Below are positions 36,644 to 47,385 of a stretch of 64,000 bases of DNA, piece after piece. The stretch is taken from assembly GCA_002382665.1 (NCBI GenBank), contig DFZA01000010.1, positions 17,589 through 81,588 on the forward strand, written 5' to 3'. The translations under genes were made by a program, and so were the position numbers. Under the pieces are notes generated by a model. The model was not told the DNA's origin. It did not search any database and worked only from the letters and a program-made list of their open reading frames with translations. The first letter of the stretch is position 1; the number at the start of each line of letters is the position of its first letter. The stretch comes from Peptococcaceae bacterium UBA4068 (GTDB lineage: Bacteria; Bacillota; Dehalobacteriia; UBA4068).

Positions 36644-37795
36644 TTATTTAAATATTTTACCAAAGAAGCCTTTTTTGTCGTCGCCATCATCTAACGGCAG
36701 ATCACCCAGTTGACGTAAAAGCTCTTTTTGCTCTTCACTCAAATGCGTCGGCGTATTAATTTTGACTTTTACATGTTGATCGCCGCGTCCGTAACCGCGC
36801 AGTTTAGGAAAGCCTCGTCCGCGCATACGGAATGTGGTGCCGGTCTGAGTGCCCTCGGGTATGGTTAATTTTACTTTGCCGTCAAGTGTCGGCACTTCGA
36901 CTTCGGCGCCCAAAGCGGCTTGTGAGAAAGAAATAGGGAATTCGCATAAGACATTATCCTCCTCGCGGCGGAAATATTTATGCGGTTTTACGCCAATATA
37001 GATATAAAGGTCGCCAGGCGGTCCGTTATTGACGCCGCCTTCGCCTTCGCCGGCCATGCGCAAACGTGAACCGTTATCAACTCCGGGGGGGATTTTAACT
37101 TTGATCGTCCGCTCCTGACGTTTGCGTCCGGTACCGCCGCATTCACGGCAGGGCGAATCCACTATGGTACCTCTGCCGTTACAGTTATTGCAGGAACGTA
37201 CTGTCTGAAATTGGCCAAACGGCGTATTTTGCGTTACACGTGTTTTACCGGTGCCGCCGCAGGTCGGGCAGGTTTTACGGTTAGTACCCGGCGCTGCACC
37301 GCTACCCCCGCACTTGGGGCAGTTTTCCATGCGGCTAAGATTAAGTTCCTTATCTACGCCGGTTGCCGCTTCTTCGAAACTAATCAATACATCAGCGCGT
37401 AAATCGGAACCGCGCACCGGAGCTGTCGGATCAACCTGACCGCCAAATCCGCCACCGCCGAAAAACGATTCAAAGATGTCGTTAACCGAACCAAATCCGC
37501 CGCTGCCGCTAAAACCGCCGCCGCCGAATCCACCACTACCAAAACCACCATAACCACCGCCGGCAGCGCCGGGGTCGTTATGCCCGAACTGATCATAACG
37601 CGCTCGGCCGTTTTCATCCGATAAAACTTCATATGCTTCGTTGATTTCCTTAAATTTCTCTTCGGCGGTTTTGCTGTCAGGATTCAAATCCGGATGGTAT
37701 TGTTTGGCTAGTTTTTTAAACGCTTTTTTTATTTCTTCGGGAGTGGCATTACGGCTGACGCCCAATACCTCATAGTAATCCCTTTTGTTAACCAT
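36644..37795 (-). CDS. dnaJ: Chaperone DnaJ
   Basis: J-domain with HPD, G/F-rich region, four CxxCxGxG repeats. Confidence 0.97.
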   Translation of the reverse strand: MVNKRDYYEVLGVSRNATPEEIKKAFKKLAKQYHPDLNPDSKTAEEKFKEINEAYEVLSDENGRARYDQFGHNDPGAAGGGYGGFGSGGFGGGGFSGSGGFGSVNDIFESFFGGGGFGGQVDPTAPVRGSDLRADVLISFEEAATGVDKELNLSRMENCPKCGGSGAAPGTNRKTCPTCGGTGKTRVTQNTPFGQFQTVRSCNNCNGRGTIVDSPCRECGGTGRKRQERTIKVKIPPGVDNGSRLRMAGEGEGGVNNGPPGDLYIYIGVKPHKYFRREEDNVLCEFPISFSQAALGAEVEVPTLDGKVKLTIPEGTQTGTTFRMRGRGFPKLRGYGRGDQHVKVKINTPTHLSEEQKELLRQLGDLPLDDGDDKKGFFGKIFK

Positions 37796-37828
37796 ATCCA
37801 AACCTTTCGTTAACTATGTTATATCATA

Positions 37829-37857
37829 ATAGGGCAAGGGCTAGGCTCTTACCCTAT
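37829..37857 (-). terminator. Hairpin between dnaK and dnaJ (terminator or mRNA-stabilising stem)
   Basis: Minus strand ATAGGGTAAGAGC-CTA-GCCCTTGCCCTAT; weak U-tract. Confidence 0.55.
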
Positions 37858-37871
37858 CATAATTAGTTGAA

Positions 37872-39728
37872 TTATTTATTTTTGTCATCGTCAACAACAT
37901 TATAATCGGCATCAACATAATCGTCTCCACCGGTATTGGGTTGGCCGCCGGTATAGTTTGCGCCATCTTGTTGCTGTTGCTCTTGTTGCTGTTGCGCCGC
38001 AGATTCGCCGTAAATGCGTTGGGTAACCTTATAGAGAGCCTCGCTTAAATCTTTAGTTTTAGCCTCAATTAAATCGATATCATCGCCGGCCAAAGCGTCA
38101 GCTAGCTCTTTCTTGGCAGCTTCAATGTTGCTCATCTCATCGGGCTTAACTTTGCCCTCTAAGTCTTTCAAAGAACGGTCAACTTGATAAAGCAGACTGT
38201 CGCCCTGATTGCGAACCTCGACCTGCTTCTTTTTCTTCTCGTCCTCTTCTTTGTAAACATCGGCATCGGCCATCATCCGGTCGATTTCCGCATCGCTCAA
38301 TCCGGAAGAAGCGGTAATGGTTACACTCTGTTGTTTGCCGGTACCCAAATCCTTGGCATTAACGTGAACGATACCGTTGGCATCAATATCAAATCTGACT
38401 TCGATTTGCGGAACGCCGCGCGGCGCCGGAGGAATACCGGTCAGATTGAAACGTCCCAATGTCTTGTTGTCGCCAGCCATTTGTCGTTCGCCTTGCAAAA
38501 CATGAATTTCAACCGACGGCTGATTATCAGAAGCCGTAGAAAAAATCTGGCTTTTGCCGACAGGAATCGTAGTATTGCGATCAATGATGCGGGTAAAGAT
38601 ACCGCCCATAGTTTCAATGCCCAGCGACAGCGGCGTAACATCAAGCAACAATACGTCCTTGATCTCTTTATTAAGGATAGCACCCTGAATAGCAGCGCCT
38701 AAAGCTACGCATTCGTCAGGATTGATACCTTTATGCGGTTCTTTTCCTAATATATTCTTGACCGCATCCTGCACCGCGGGAATACGGGTCGAGCCGCCAA
38801 CTAATAAAATTTTGTCAATATCGTTAACCGAAAGGCCGGAATCCTTCAGGGCCTGACGCGTCGGGCCCATAGTTTTTTCCACTAAGTCAGCGGTCAATTC
38901 GTTAAATTTAGCTCTGGTCAAAGTGACATCCAAGTGTTTGGGGCCATTGGCTGTGGCGGTAATAAACGGTAAATTGATATTAGCAGTCATCATACCAGAG
39001 AGCTCTGTCTTGGCCTTTTCAGCAGCTTCTATCAAGCGCTGCAAAGCCATTTTATCAGCTGCCAGATCGATACCTTCTTTTTGTCGGAAGTCGTTGACTA
39101 AATAATCGACAATACGTTTATCAAAATCATCGCCGCCAAGGAAGTTATTGCCGGAGGTCGCTTTTACCTCAAAGGTACCGTCGTCTATCTCAAGAATCGA
39201 GACATCAAAAGTGCCGCCGCCCAAGTCAAAAACTAATATCGTTTGCGCATCGGCTTTATCAAGCCCATAAGCCAAGGCAGCCGCCGTCGGTTCGTTGATA
39301 ATTCTTAGTACTTCCAAACCGGCAATTTTGCCGGCGTCCTTGGTCGCCTGGCGCTGCGCATCGGAAAAATAGGCCGGCACAGTAATAACTGCCTGTGTTA
39401 CCGTCTCGCCAAGATAAGCTTCGGCGTCTGCTTTTAGTTTTTGCAAGATAAACGCTGAAATTTCCGGCGGCTGATATTCTTTACCGGCCAGTTTAACAGT
39501 CTTTTTTTGCCCCATTGAGCGTTTGATTGATGAAACAGTATTATCAGGATTGGTCACCGCCTGCCTTTTAGCCACCTGGCCGACAAGTCTTTCGCCGTTG
39601 GCAAAGGCTACTACCGAAGGCGTTGTGCGTGCTCCCTCCGGATTTGGAATGACGACTGCCTCTCCGCCTTCCATAACGGCAACGCAGGAATTTGTTGTTC
39701 CCAAATCAATACCGATAACTTTTCCCAT
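37872..39728 (-). CDS. dnaK: Chaperone DnaK
   Basis: [37 protein letters not shown]; monoderm type lacking the insertion after the KR motif. Confidence 0.98.
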   Translation of the reverse strand: MGKVIGIDLGTTNSCVAVMEGGEAVVIPNPEGARTTPSVVAFANGERLVGQVAKRQAVTNPDNTVSSIKRSMGQKKTVKLAGKEYQPPEISAFILQKLKADAEAYLGETVTQAVITVPAYFSDAQRQATKDAGKIAGLEVLRIINEPTAAALAYGLDKADAQTILVFDLGGGTFDVSILEIDDGTFEVKATSGNNFLGGDDFDKRIVDYLVNDFRQKEGIDLAADKMALQRLIEAAEKAKTELSGMMTANINLPFITATANGPKHLDVTLTRAKFNELTADLVEKTMGPTRQALKDSGLSVNDIDKILLVGGSTRIPAVQDAVKNILGKEPHKGINPDECVALGAAIQGAILNKEIKDVLLLDVTPLSLGIETMGGIFTRIIDRNTTIPVGKSQIFSTASDNQPSVEIHVLQGERQMAGDNKTLGRFNLTGIPPAPRGVPQIEVRFDIDANGIVHVNAKDLGTGKQQSVTITASSGLSDAEIDRMMADADVYKEEDEKKKKQVEVRNQGDSLLYQVDRSLKDLEGKVKPDEMSNIEAAKKELADALAGDDIDLIEAKTKDLSEALYKVTQRIYGESAAQQQQEQQQQDGANYTGGQPNTGGDDYVDADYNVVDDDKNK

Positions 39729-39764
39729 TGTTTTTTCCTCCTTAGAATTAAATGAAATATAAAT

Positions 39765-40334
39765 TTATTTACCAACCCGTACCATGGCGGGTCTGAGTAA
39801 TTTTCCATTAAAAGTATAACCTTTTTGCACCTCGGCTATGACTTTACCGCGGCTTTCTTCGCCGGCATTCTCCTGTGTTACAGCATCATGAACATTTGGG
39901 TCAAAATCAACGCCTTCGCATGCAATCGCTTTTAATCCCTCCTGTTCCAGTAAATATAGTAATTGTCTATAAATCAGCTCCACGCCTTCTTTTTCGGAAC
40001 TATCCGCCAACGATGTCAAAGCGCGGGCAAAATTATCAAGCACCGGCAGCAAAACACCGACCAAGCGGCTGTTAGCAGATTTAACGGTATCATCTTTTTC
40101 CTGACGGCTGCGTTTGCGGAAATTATCAAAGTCAGCCTGCAGACGTAAAAATTTTTGTTCAATATCCTCTTTTTCCGTCGCCAATTTGGCGACTGCTTCC
40201 ATAAACTGCTCAAATTGTTGTTTGGCTTCTTCTTCGCCAAGCGGTGGTATTTGTTGCTCTTGCGGCTGCTCGTCTGCAGCTTGCTGTTGTTCTTGATTCT
40301 GTTGTAAATCTTGATCCTTTACTTGATCGCTCAT
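39765..40334 (-). CDS. grpE: Nucleotide exchange factor GrpE
   Basis: LRLQADFDNFRKR, LLPVLDNF, FDPNVHDA, QKGY...LLRPAMVRV. Confidence 0.97.
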   Translation of the reverse strand: MSDQVKDQDLQQNQEQQQAADEQPQEQQIPPLGEEEAKQQFEQFMEAVAKLATEKEDIEQKFLRLQADFDNFRKRSRQEKDDTVKSANSRLVGVLLPVLDNFARALTSLADSSEKEGVELIYRQLLYLLEQEGLKAIACEGVDFDPNVHDAVTQENAGEESRGKVIAEVQKGYTFNGKLLRPAMVRVGK

Positions 40335-40355
40335 TTTTTCACCTCTAAATTATAT

Positions 40356-41387
40356 TTAACGGCGTTTATTTAATTGCGTTAACGAGTTGGACAATTCTTT
40401 AGCGATGAATTCAACCAAAGATATAGTTTTGGGATAACTCATACGCGTCGGTCCCATAACACCGATTGTACCGGCTTTTTTACCATTAATATAATAATTT
40501 GCCAAAACTATACTGCAGTTCTTGAGACTTTCGTCGGGCATTTCGCCGCCAATTGCTACCGAAACAGGCGCTTCCTCGGATTTTGCTAGCAAGTTTTGTA
40601 TTTTATCTTCCGCTTCCAACACTTCAAAAACACCGCGTAGTTTATCAACATCGCGAAACTCCGGCTGTGAAAGCATATGCAGCGCGCCGTCTGTAAATAC
40701 ACGTTGACTGAGATCATCGGTAAATGCTTGATCCAACAGGCCGAATGCCTCATCCAACAAACGCTGGCGGCGGTCAAACTCACTGATAATCCGCTTCAGC
40801 AACCCGTACGAAAAACGTCCGATATCCATACCGGTCAGTCTGTCTGCCAGCATAGATTCTATTTGCGATAATTGCTGCGCTGCAATAGGATGACTTAATG
40901 AAATAACTTTATGACGGATCGTACCGATTGACGTATACAAAACCGCCATCACCCGATAATTATCGAGCGGTAGCAATTGGATTTTTTCCAGCTTGCCCTG
41001 ACCTTGCTCAGGAAGGGCAATCATGGTAGTGTAATTTGTTAAATGAGAAATCATTGAGCAGCAGGATCGTAAATAAGCTTCCATCTCATTGAGATGGTTT
41101 GACAGCGACTCGCGTATTAAATACGCCTCCTGCTGGCCGATTTGCTCTTTTTGCATCAAATAATCAACATAATAATGATAACCTTTATCGGAAGGAACAC
41201 GTCCGGCTGAAGTATGCGGCTGTTCGATATATCCCAGCTCTTCCAAATCAGACATTTCATTTCTGATTGTGGCCGGCGATACGCCCAGACCATACTTCTT
41301 AGCCACCGCACGAGAACCTACCGGCTCGCCGTTGGCAATATAATCCTTTATGATCGCGTTGAGAATTTGTTTTTTGCGCGCATCCAT
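40356..41387 (-). CDS. hrcA: Heat-inducible transcription repressor HrcA
   Basis: YIANGEPVGS, SPATIRNEM.DLE..GY.EQPHTSAGRVPSDKGY, GVMGPTRM.Y. Start placed at ATG 41387. Confidence 0.97.
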   Translation of the reverse strand: MDARKKQILNAIIKDYIANGEPVGSRAVAKKYGLGVSPATIRNEMSDLEELGYIEQPHTSAGRVPSDKGYHYYVDYLMQKEQIGQQEAYLIRESLSNHLNEMEAYLRSCCSMISHLTNYTTMIALPEQGQGKLEKIQLLPLDNYRVMAVLYTSIGTIRHKVISLSHPIAAQQLSQIESMLADRLTGMDIGRFSYGLLKRIISEFDRRQRLLDEAFGLLDQAFTDDLSQRVFTDGALHMLSQPEFRDVDKLRGVFEVLEAEDKIQNLLAKSEEAPVSVAIGGEMPDESLKNCSIVLANYYINGKKAGTIGVMGPTRMSYPKTISLVEFIAKELSNSLTQLNKRR

Positions 41388-41408
41388 AGCTCTCGTCCTT
41401 CCTTTTTG

Positions 41409-41435
41409 ATAGCACTCTCGGCCGGTGAGTGCTAA
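41409..41435 (-). promoter_or_regulatory. CIRCE operator
   Basis: TTAGCACTC-N9-GAGTGCTAT on the minus strand (one mismatch to consensus), upstream of hrcA. Confidence 0.95.
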
Positions 41436-41439
41436 AATA

Positions 41440-41468
41440 AATTTACAACTTTTAACTTTTTTTGTCAA
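41440..41468 (-). promoter_or_regulatory. sigmaA promoter of the hrcA-grpE-dnaK-dnaJ operon
   Basis: TTGACA-N17-TAAATT with an extended TG, immediately upstream of CIRCE. Confidence 0.75.
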
Positions 41469-41497
41469 GTGATTGATTAAAAAAATTCTTATATAAT

Positions 41498-42625
41498 TTA
41501 AACGAATTTATAAAAAACTTCGTTACCAAGTAAAATGCCTTTTTTACTCAGCCGCATTGATCCGTCTTCAACGACCAACAGTCCGTTATTGACTAATTGT
41601 CGTATCTGTTTGGCAAAACGGTTTTCGGGCTTGAGTCCGTATTGCTCGGCAAATTGATTAAAATTGATGCCCTGCCGCAGGCGTAACCCTAAAAAAATCG
41701 CCTCGGCAATAATCTCATCAATAGACAACGTCTCCTGTTCGCAAACAGGCAACCTGCCTTGCTCAACGTTAACAGTATAATCACAGAGACTTCTAAGATT
41801 GCTCCAGCGTTTATCTATATAACAGGAAGCGGCGGCGCAGCCGATACCCAGATAATTTTGCCGCCGCCAATATGCGCAGTTATGACGGCTAGCGAACCCC
41901 TCTTTAGCGTAATTAGCAATCTCATATTGCATCAGACCGGCCGACTCCAACGTTTCCATGGCTATCTCTTGCATATCTGCAGATAAATCACTGTCGGCTA
42001 TCGCCAGTTGACCGGCCAATTTCTTTTGCCCCCAAGGGCTTTGCTCAGAGAGACTTATACCATAAAGAGAAAGATGTTCCGAGCCAAGGACCAGGGCAGC
42101 CTGCAAATCAGCTTGTAATATTGATTTATCCTGATACGGCCAGCCATAAATCAAATCAAGATTGATATTTGTAAACCCCGCTTGACGGGCAGCGGCAAAT
42201 GCTGCTTTTATTTGCTCCGCCGTATGGCAACGGCCCATAGACTGCAGCGCCTGATCATTAAAGCTTTGAGCGCCTAGCGAAAGACGATTAACACCTGTCT
42301 TGCGCAACTGCTGCAAATATACAAGATCGACCGTTTCCGGATTGGCTTCCAGCGTTATTTCCGCAGCTTGTGGCAAATCAGATAATATCTTAGAAATAGT
42401 TTCGACCGGCAGCAACGACGGCGTACCACCGCCGAAGTAGATACTTTCCAGCTGCGAAAAGTCACATTCTTGCTGCTGCCACAAATTTAATTCCTTTAAA
42501 AGCAAGTCGCCGTAAACACTAAAATACTGCTGCTGTTCCTCCACCGGGTAAGAGACAAAATCACAGTAATTACATTTGCGACGACAAAAAGGAATGTGAA
42601 CATATATAGATGTAAATTTCATCAT
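41498..42625 (-). CDS. hemW: Radical SAM heme chaperone HemW (HemN-like)
   Basis: YVHIPFC..KCNYCDF, YFGGGTPS, EITLEANP, YEIANY, HN..YW; conserved lepA-hemW-hrcA context. Confidence 0.93.
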   Translation of the reverse strand: MMKFTSIYVHIPFCRRKCNYCDFVSYPVEEQQQYFSVYGDLLLKELNLWQQQECDFSQLESIYFGGGTPSLLPVETISKILSDLPQAAEITLEANPETVDLVYLQQLRKTGVNRLSLGAQSFNDQALQSMGRCHTAEQIKAAFAAARQAGFTNINLDLIYGWPYQDKSILQADLQAALVLGSEHLSLYGISLSEQSPWGQKKLAGQLAIADSDLSADMQEIAMETLESAGLMQYEIANYAKEGFASRHNCAYWRRQNYLGIGCAAASCYIDKRWSNLRSLCDYTVNVEQGRLPVCEQETLSIDEIIAEAIFLGLRLRQGINFNQFAEQYGLKPENRFAKQIRQLVNNGLLVVEDGSMRLSKKGILLGNEVFYKFV

Positions 42626-44428
42626 TTATTCCTTTATTTTCAATACAGCCATGAACGCTTCCTGAGGTATCTCAACATTGCCTACCTGCTTCATGCGTTT
42701 TTTGCCTTCTTTTTGTTTTTCCAATAACTTACGTTTGCGGGATATATCGCCGCCGTAACATTTTTCCAAAACATCTTTACGCAGAGGCTTTACCGATTCG
42801 CGAGCAATTACTTTATTGCCGAGGGCAGCCTGCACCGGTACCTCAAACAACTGGCGGGGAATCAGGCTGCGCAGCTTGGTTACAAGCGCGCGGCCGCGCT
42901 GATAGGCACTATCCTTATGGACAATGCAGGAAAGCGCATCGACAACCTGCTCATTGACAAGAATATCCAGCTTAACCAAATCTGCCTGGCGATAACCGGC
43001 AAACTCATAATCCAGCGAAGCATAACCACGGGTACGCGACTTAAGATTATCAAAAAAATCGAAAATGATTTCCGCCAACGGTAAATCGTAGATCATCATT
43101 ACCCGCGTCGGCGTGATATATTCCATATTAATAAATGTTCCCCGCCGTTCGTTAGCCAGTTCCATAACGCTGCCGACATAATCGCTGGGAATCATAATTG
43201 TTGATTTAACAAAAGGCTCTTCAATCAAAGCCAATTCATTGGCTGAGGGCAATTTAACAGGATTATCTACATAGATGACGTTGCCGTCGATACAGCTGGC
43301 GCGGTAACTGACCGAGGGCGCAGTGATCAATAAACTGAGGTTGTATTCACGCTCCAAACGCTCCTTGACGATCTCCATGTGCAGCAAGCCCAAAAAACCG
43401 CAACGAAAACCAAAGCCCAAAGCTACCGAGGTTTCGGGCTCAAAATGCAGTGCCGCATCATTAAGTTGAAGTTTTTCCAAAGCGTCTTTTAAATCGTTAT
43501 AATCATTGTTTTCAACCGGATAGAGACCGCAATAAACCATGCTGACCGCCGGACGATAACCGGGTAAGGGAAACGGGCAAGGATTATCGGCAGCTGTAAT
43601 CGTATCGCCAACTTGTGAATCCTTGACATTTTTGATCGCCGCGGCAATATAGCCAACCTCTCCGGCGTTTAACCGCTCCACCTGTTTGGCTGTCGGCGTG
43701 AAAATACCTGTCTCGGTTACTTCCATGCTTTTGCCGCTGTTGATCATCTGGATTTTCATGCCTTTTTCGATAAAACCGTCAAAAACACGGATATAAGGAA
43801 TTACCCCCCGGTAGCTATCGAAGTGAGAATCAAATATCAAAGCGGTCAGCGGTTTCTGCAAATCACCTTGAGGCGGCGGAATCAGTTTTATTATTGACTC
43901 CAGTATCTGCAGCGTACCTTCGCCTGTTTTAGCCGAGGCAAAAATAACATTTTCAGTCGATAAACCGATAATATCCTCTATCTGTTTACATACGCCTTCG
44001 GGATCGGCGCCGGGTAAATCGATCTTGTTGATCACCGGAATGATTTCCAAATCATGTTCCAAGGCCAAATAAACGTTGGCCAGAGTCTGCGCCTCTATAC
44101 CCTGCACGGCGTCAACAACCAGCAGCGCCCCCTCACAAGCAGCCAAGCTGCGGGAAACCTCATAATTAAAATCGACATGTCCTGGAGTATCAATCAGATT
44201 CAGCTGATACTCCTGCCCATCCTCAGCATGATAATGCAGGCGAACAGCCTGCAACTTAATTGTAATGCCTCGCTCCTGCTCCAAATCCATCGAATCAAGA
44301 AGCTGCTTCGACATATCGCGCGCCGCAACCGTACCTGTATATTCAAGCAAACGGTCAGCCAGTGTGCTTTTACCGTGGTCAATATGAGCAATAATTGAAA
44401 AATTACGAATCAAATGTTGATCAGTCAT
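42626..44428 (-). CDS. lepA: Elongation factor 4
   Basis: [64 protein letters not shown]. Confidence 0.98.
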   Translation of the reverse strand: MTDQHLIRNFSIIAHIDHGKSTLADRLLEYTGTVAARDMSKQLLDSMDLEQERGITIKLQAVRLHYHAEDGQEYQLNLIDTPGHVDFNYEVSRSLAACEGALLVVDAVQGIEAQTLANVYLALEHDLEIIPVINKIDLPGADPEGVCKQIEDIIGLSTENVIFASAKTGEGTLQILESIIKLIPPPQGDLQKPLTALIFDSHFDSYRGVIPYIRVFDGFIEKGMKIQMINSGKSMEVTETGIFTPTAKQVERLNAGEVGYIAAAIKNVKDSQVGDTITAADNPCPFPLPGYRPAVSMVYCGLYPVENNDYNDLKDALEKLQLNDAALHFEPETSVALGFGFRCGFLGLLHMEIVKERLEREYNLSLLITAPSVSYRASCIDGNVIYVDNPVKLPSANELALIEEPFVKSTIMIPSDYVGSVMELANERRGTFINMEYITPTRVMMIYDLPLAEIIFDFFDNLKSRTRGYASLDYEFAGYRQADLVKLDILVNEQVVDALSCIVHKDSAYQRGRALVTKLRSLIPRQLFEVPVQAALGNKVIARESVKPLRKDVLEKCYGGDISRKRKLLEKQKEGKKRMKQVGNVEIPQEAFMAVLKIKE

Positions 44429-44443
44429 TATTATACTCCGATA

Positions 44444-46060
44444 TCAACTAAACTTTTTACGAAATCGATTGAGAAACTTTAAGCGGCTACCGAACATACC
44501 AAAAACTATCCGTGCTTCTTCCATTTTAATCACATAGGCTAAACCGAAGTATATAGCAATAGCTATGACCATTGCAACCCCTAACTGAGCAACTTGGCCA
44601 AATTTGCTGCCAATATCAACATAATTGGCCGCGACATCGCAAACCTTCAAGGATACAATACCCATAACAGCACAAATGCCTGCCGTTTTAAGCAATGAAT
44701 TTGCCATATTCCTAATATCGATATGGCCAATCTTGCGGCGGAGAAAATAAAGCAGCAGCAAAGCCTGCGATATACCGGCGATAGAATACGCCAAAGCCAA
44801 GCCACGATGCTCAAGCGGGCCGATCAGCAGTAAACTGCAGACGATATTGATACCAATAGAGACAATTCCTATGATCACCGAAGTACGGGTATCCTTCAAG
44901 GCATAAAAACTGCGAATCAGCACATGAACTACGCTGTAGCCAACAAGACCGATCGAATAAAACAGCAGCGCATTACCGGCAGCAGTAGTCGCAGCAGCAG
45001 TAAATTCGCCGCCTTTAAATTCAAACATCAGGCGGATAATCGGCTCCCGTAAAACGGCTAAACCAACCGCCGAAGGCAAAGTAATAAAAATTACCGAGCG
45101 CACGCCCAGCGACATGTGTTTTTTAAACTCGTCCATTTCATTAAGCGCGGCATGTGAAGTCAATGTCGGAAATACCGCCATGGCAATGGCAATGGCGAAA
45201 ATGCCAATCGGCAACTGCATAAATCGCTGTCCCATGCGCAGAGCGGCAATCATACCGTCGCTTAAAGACGAGGCAAGATTTTGGGTAACAAAAAGATTTA
45301 TTTGGCTTACGGAAAGACCGATAAAAATGGGAATCATTAAATAGATTAATTGTCTGAAACCGGGATGATGATAATCGAGATTAAAATGAAAGTTAATACC
45401 TTTTTTATACAGTACCGGAGCTTGCACCATAAAATTGGCGATAGCGCCTAAAACAACACCGACCGAAAAAGCGGCAATACCATAACCTGGCCACCTTGCT
45501 TCAATCGGTGCTGCCAGCAGAGAGCCGCCTAAAACAATGCCAAGATTATAAAAAACAGAACCAATCGCCGGAGTTGTAAAATGCTTAAATGAATGGAGGA
45601 TGCCCATTGACACGCCGCATAGTCCCATAAATACTACCTGTACCAGCATGATTCGCGTCAGCGTCACTGTCAGAGCAGCCGATTTAGCGTCAAATCCGGG
45701 AACCAGCAGCCCAATCAATTGAGGTGTAAACGCATAACAGATTACCAGCCCAATACCAAGCAGCACCGTTATCCAACTAATAACTATACTTGCTACCGTC
45801 CAGGCCTCTTCCTCTTCACCGCGTGCTATATAATATGAAAAAATCGGTATAAATGCCGAGCTTAAAGCCCCGCCCACCAAAATACTGTAAAGAAAATCCG
45901 GGATAGAAAAGGCGGCGTTATAGGCATCGGTTATACGATTTTGGCCAAACATATTATAAAGAACCACATCACGGAGATAACCAAGGATGCGGGAGATAAC
46001 CATTGTAGCCATTAAAAAGCCGGCAGCTTGAAATACCGATTGTTTATTGTCCTTAGACAA
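44444..46060 (-). CDS. murJ: MurJ/MviN-type lipid II flippase, copy 1
   Basis: SRILGYLRD, AAFSIPD, GGALSSAFIP, RFMQLPIGIF, FYALKDT, GLALA; about 14 TMs. TTG start. Confidence 0.92.
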   Translation of the reverse strand: MSKDNKQSVFQAAGFLMATMVISRILGYLRDVVLYNMFGQNRITDAYNAAFSIPDFLYSILVGGALSSAFIPIFSYYIARGEEEEAWTVASIVISWITVLLGIGLVICYAFTPQLIGLLVPGFDAKSAALTVTLTRIMLVQVVFMGLCGVSMGILHSFKHFTTPAIGSVFYNLGIVLGGSLLAAPIEARWPGYGIAAFSVGVVLGAIANFMVQAPVLYKKGINFHFNLDYHHPGFRQLIYLMIPIFIGLSVSQINLFVTQNLASSLSDGMIAALRMGQRFMQLPIGIFAIAIAMAVFPTLTSHAALNEMDEFKKHMSLGVRSVIFITLPSAVGLAVLREPIIRLMFEFKGGEFTAAATTAAGNALLFYSIGLVGYSVVHVLIRSFYALKDTRTSVIIGIVSIGINIVCSLLLIGPLEHRGLALAYSIAGISQALLLLYFLRRKIGHIDIRNMANSLLKTAGICAVMGIVSLKVCDVAANYVDIGSKFGQVAQLGVAMVIAIAIYFGLAYVIKMEEARIVFGMFGSRLKFLNRFRKKFS

Positions 46061-46160
46061 TTTGCAGCTCCCCTCTTTTTTAACACATTATAACCAAATC
46101 ATTATATCACAATGATATTTTTTTTCCAGTATTAATTAAATGCCTTAATCGGGTCGTAAA

Positions 46161-46197
46161 AAAATGACTGAGCCTTATAATAAGGCTCGGTCATTTT
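46161..46197 (-). terminator. Intrinsic terminator after the PadR-PspC operon
   Basis: AAAATGACTGAGCCTTAT-A-ATAAGGCTCGGTCATTTT near-perfect stem flanked by A/T runs. Confidence 0.85.
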
Positions 46198-46219
46198 CGT
46201 TTAAATTTTACATGCAACA

Positions 46220-46900
46220 CTATTTATTGATTACTCTGCTTTTGGTCGGCATAATGATAGCCGCAATTAAATAGGCCAAAATACCCGCGCCGTAGACAAA
46301 TATCAAAACAACCCATAATAAGCGGATTATTGTTGCATCAATGCCAAAATACTCACCAAAACCCCCGCAGACACCGAAGATCTTTTTATTATCTTCAGCC
46401 CGGTAGAGGGTATGGGGTTTAGTATCAGTGTCCATGCTTGGTCCTCCGTTTTCTTTTACTTTTGTATAACCATCTTTACCAAATATAACTATCATTACGG
46501 CAATAACCACACAAATTATAGCTAAGATTGGCATCAACGAACCTCCCGAGGCAACAAGAGCGAAAATCATCAGTAAGACAAAGACTCCGGTCAGCCAATA
46601 CCAACCTGTTTTGTTTTTGTTTTCTTCCTCTGTTTTTTCCCTCATATGATCATTTATCGGAGCAGTCCGTTCTTTTTTATCACCGGTATTTCGGTAATCG
46701 GCAATAATCGTATCCGCCAGTGAAATCGGATCTCCCAGTTCGCTGATAACCGCGTCCTCATTCTCTTCCCCGGCATCCGCAAAATACTCTTCATAAAATT
46801 TGATAGCCGCTTCGCGTTCATTCTCCGGCAATACCAGCAAACGTTTCTTTAATATTGCCAGATAATGCTCTCTATCGCTATGATATTCCATCCGATTCAC
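46220..46900 (-). CDS. DUF1700 (HAAS-like) - TM - PspC fusion protein
   Basis: N-terminal YLAILKKRL..LPENER..AIKFYEEYF.DAGE..E..VISELG.P; two TMs; C-terminal LYR...KKIFGVCGGFGEYFGID.TIIRL..YLIAAIIMP (PspC). Confidence 0.85.
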   Translation of the reverse strand: MNRMEYHSDREHYLAILKKRLLVLPENEREAAIKFYEEYFADAGEENEDAVISELGDPISLADTIIADYRNTGDKKERTAPINDHMREKTEEENKNKTGWYWLTGVFVLLMIFALVASGGSLMPILAIICVVIAVMIVIFGKDGYTKVKENGGPSMDTDTKPHTLYRAEDNKKIFGVCGGFGEYFGIDATIIRLLWVVLIFVYGAGILAYLIAAIIMPTKSRVINK

Positions 46901-47225
46901 CTCCTTGATCTGCCTTGTTTTCGACGAATAATATATTTTCTACACTGGTGCGATAATCCTTCCATTGCTCCCGGTATAACGCAAGTTGAATTTTACCCCG
47001 TTCTGTTATTTTGTAATAGCGACGGTTGCGTCCTGAGAATTCCTGATCGTAAATTTTCAGGCAATTATCTTTTTGCAACCGGCGTAATACCGGATAAAGT
47101 GTAGATTCCGAAACATCGACTGCTTGGCGAATCTGCTGAGTTATACGATAGCCATAAATATCCTCACCGGCAACAACGGCTAAGACTAAGGCGTCAAGTA
47201 ATGCCGCGCTGCTGTTAAAAGACAT
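46878..47225 (-). CDS. PadR family transcriptional regulator
   Basis: DIYGYRITQ, SESTLYPVLRRL, GRNRRYYKITERG. Confidence 0.92.
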   Translation of the reverse strand: MSFNSSAALLDALVLAVVAGEDIYGYRITQQIRQAVDVSESTLYPVLRRLQKDNCLKIYDQEFSGRNRRYYKITERGKIQLALYREQWKDYRTSVENILFVENKADQGGESDGIS

Positions 47226-47260
47226 ATCCTCACCCCTTTTGCTTTTGTTATTAGTTTAGT

Positions 47261-47292
47261 AATATTATATGTGCTATAATATTTTATGTCAA
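47261..47292 (-). promoter_or_regulatory. Consensus sigmaA promoter of padR with an overlapping inverted repeat
   Basis: TTGACA(47292-47287)-N17-TATAAT(47269-47264). AATATTATA-N5-TATAATATT at 47261-47283 covers the -10 box. Confidence 0.8.
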
Positions 47293-47385
47293 TAGGTAAT
47301 AGACGAAAAATAATAATTTTTATTTGCATATTATATGCCGACCATGTTAATATTTATGTTGTTACCTAAGATGGAGGGATGACAT

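Noticed and set aside
38184-38702. 172-aa plus-strand ORF, and the many similar ORFs opposite ppdK, addAB, floA, lepA and murJ
   Set aside because: They are antisense to highly conserved genes, with no RBS and no recognisable motifs.
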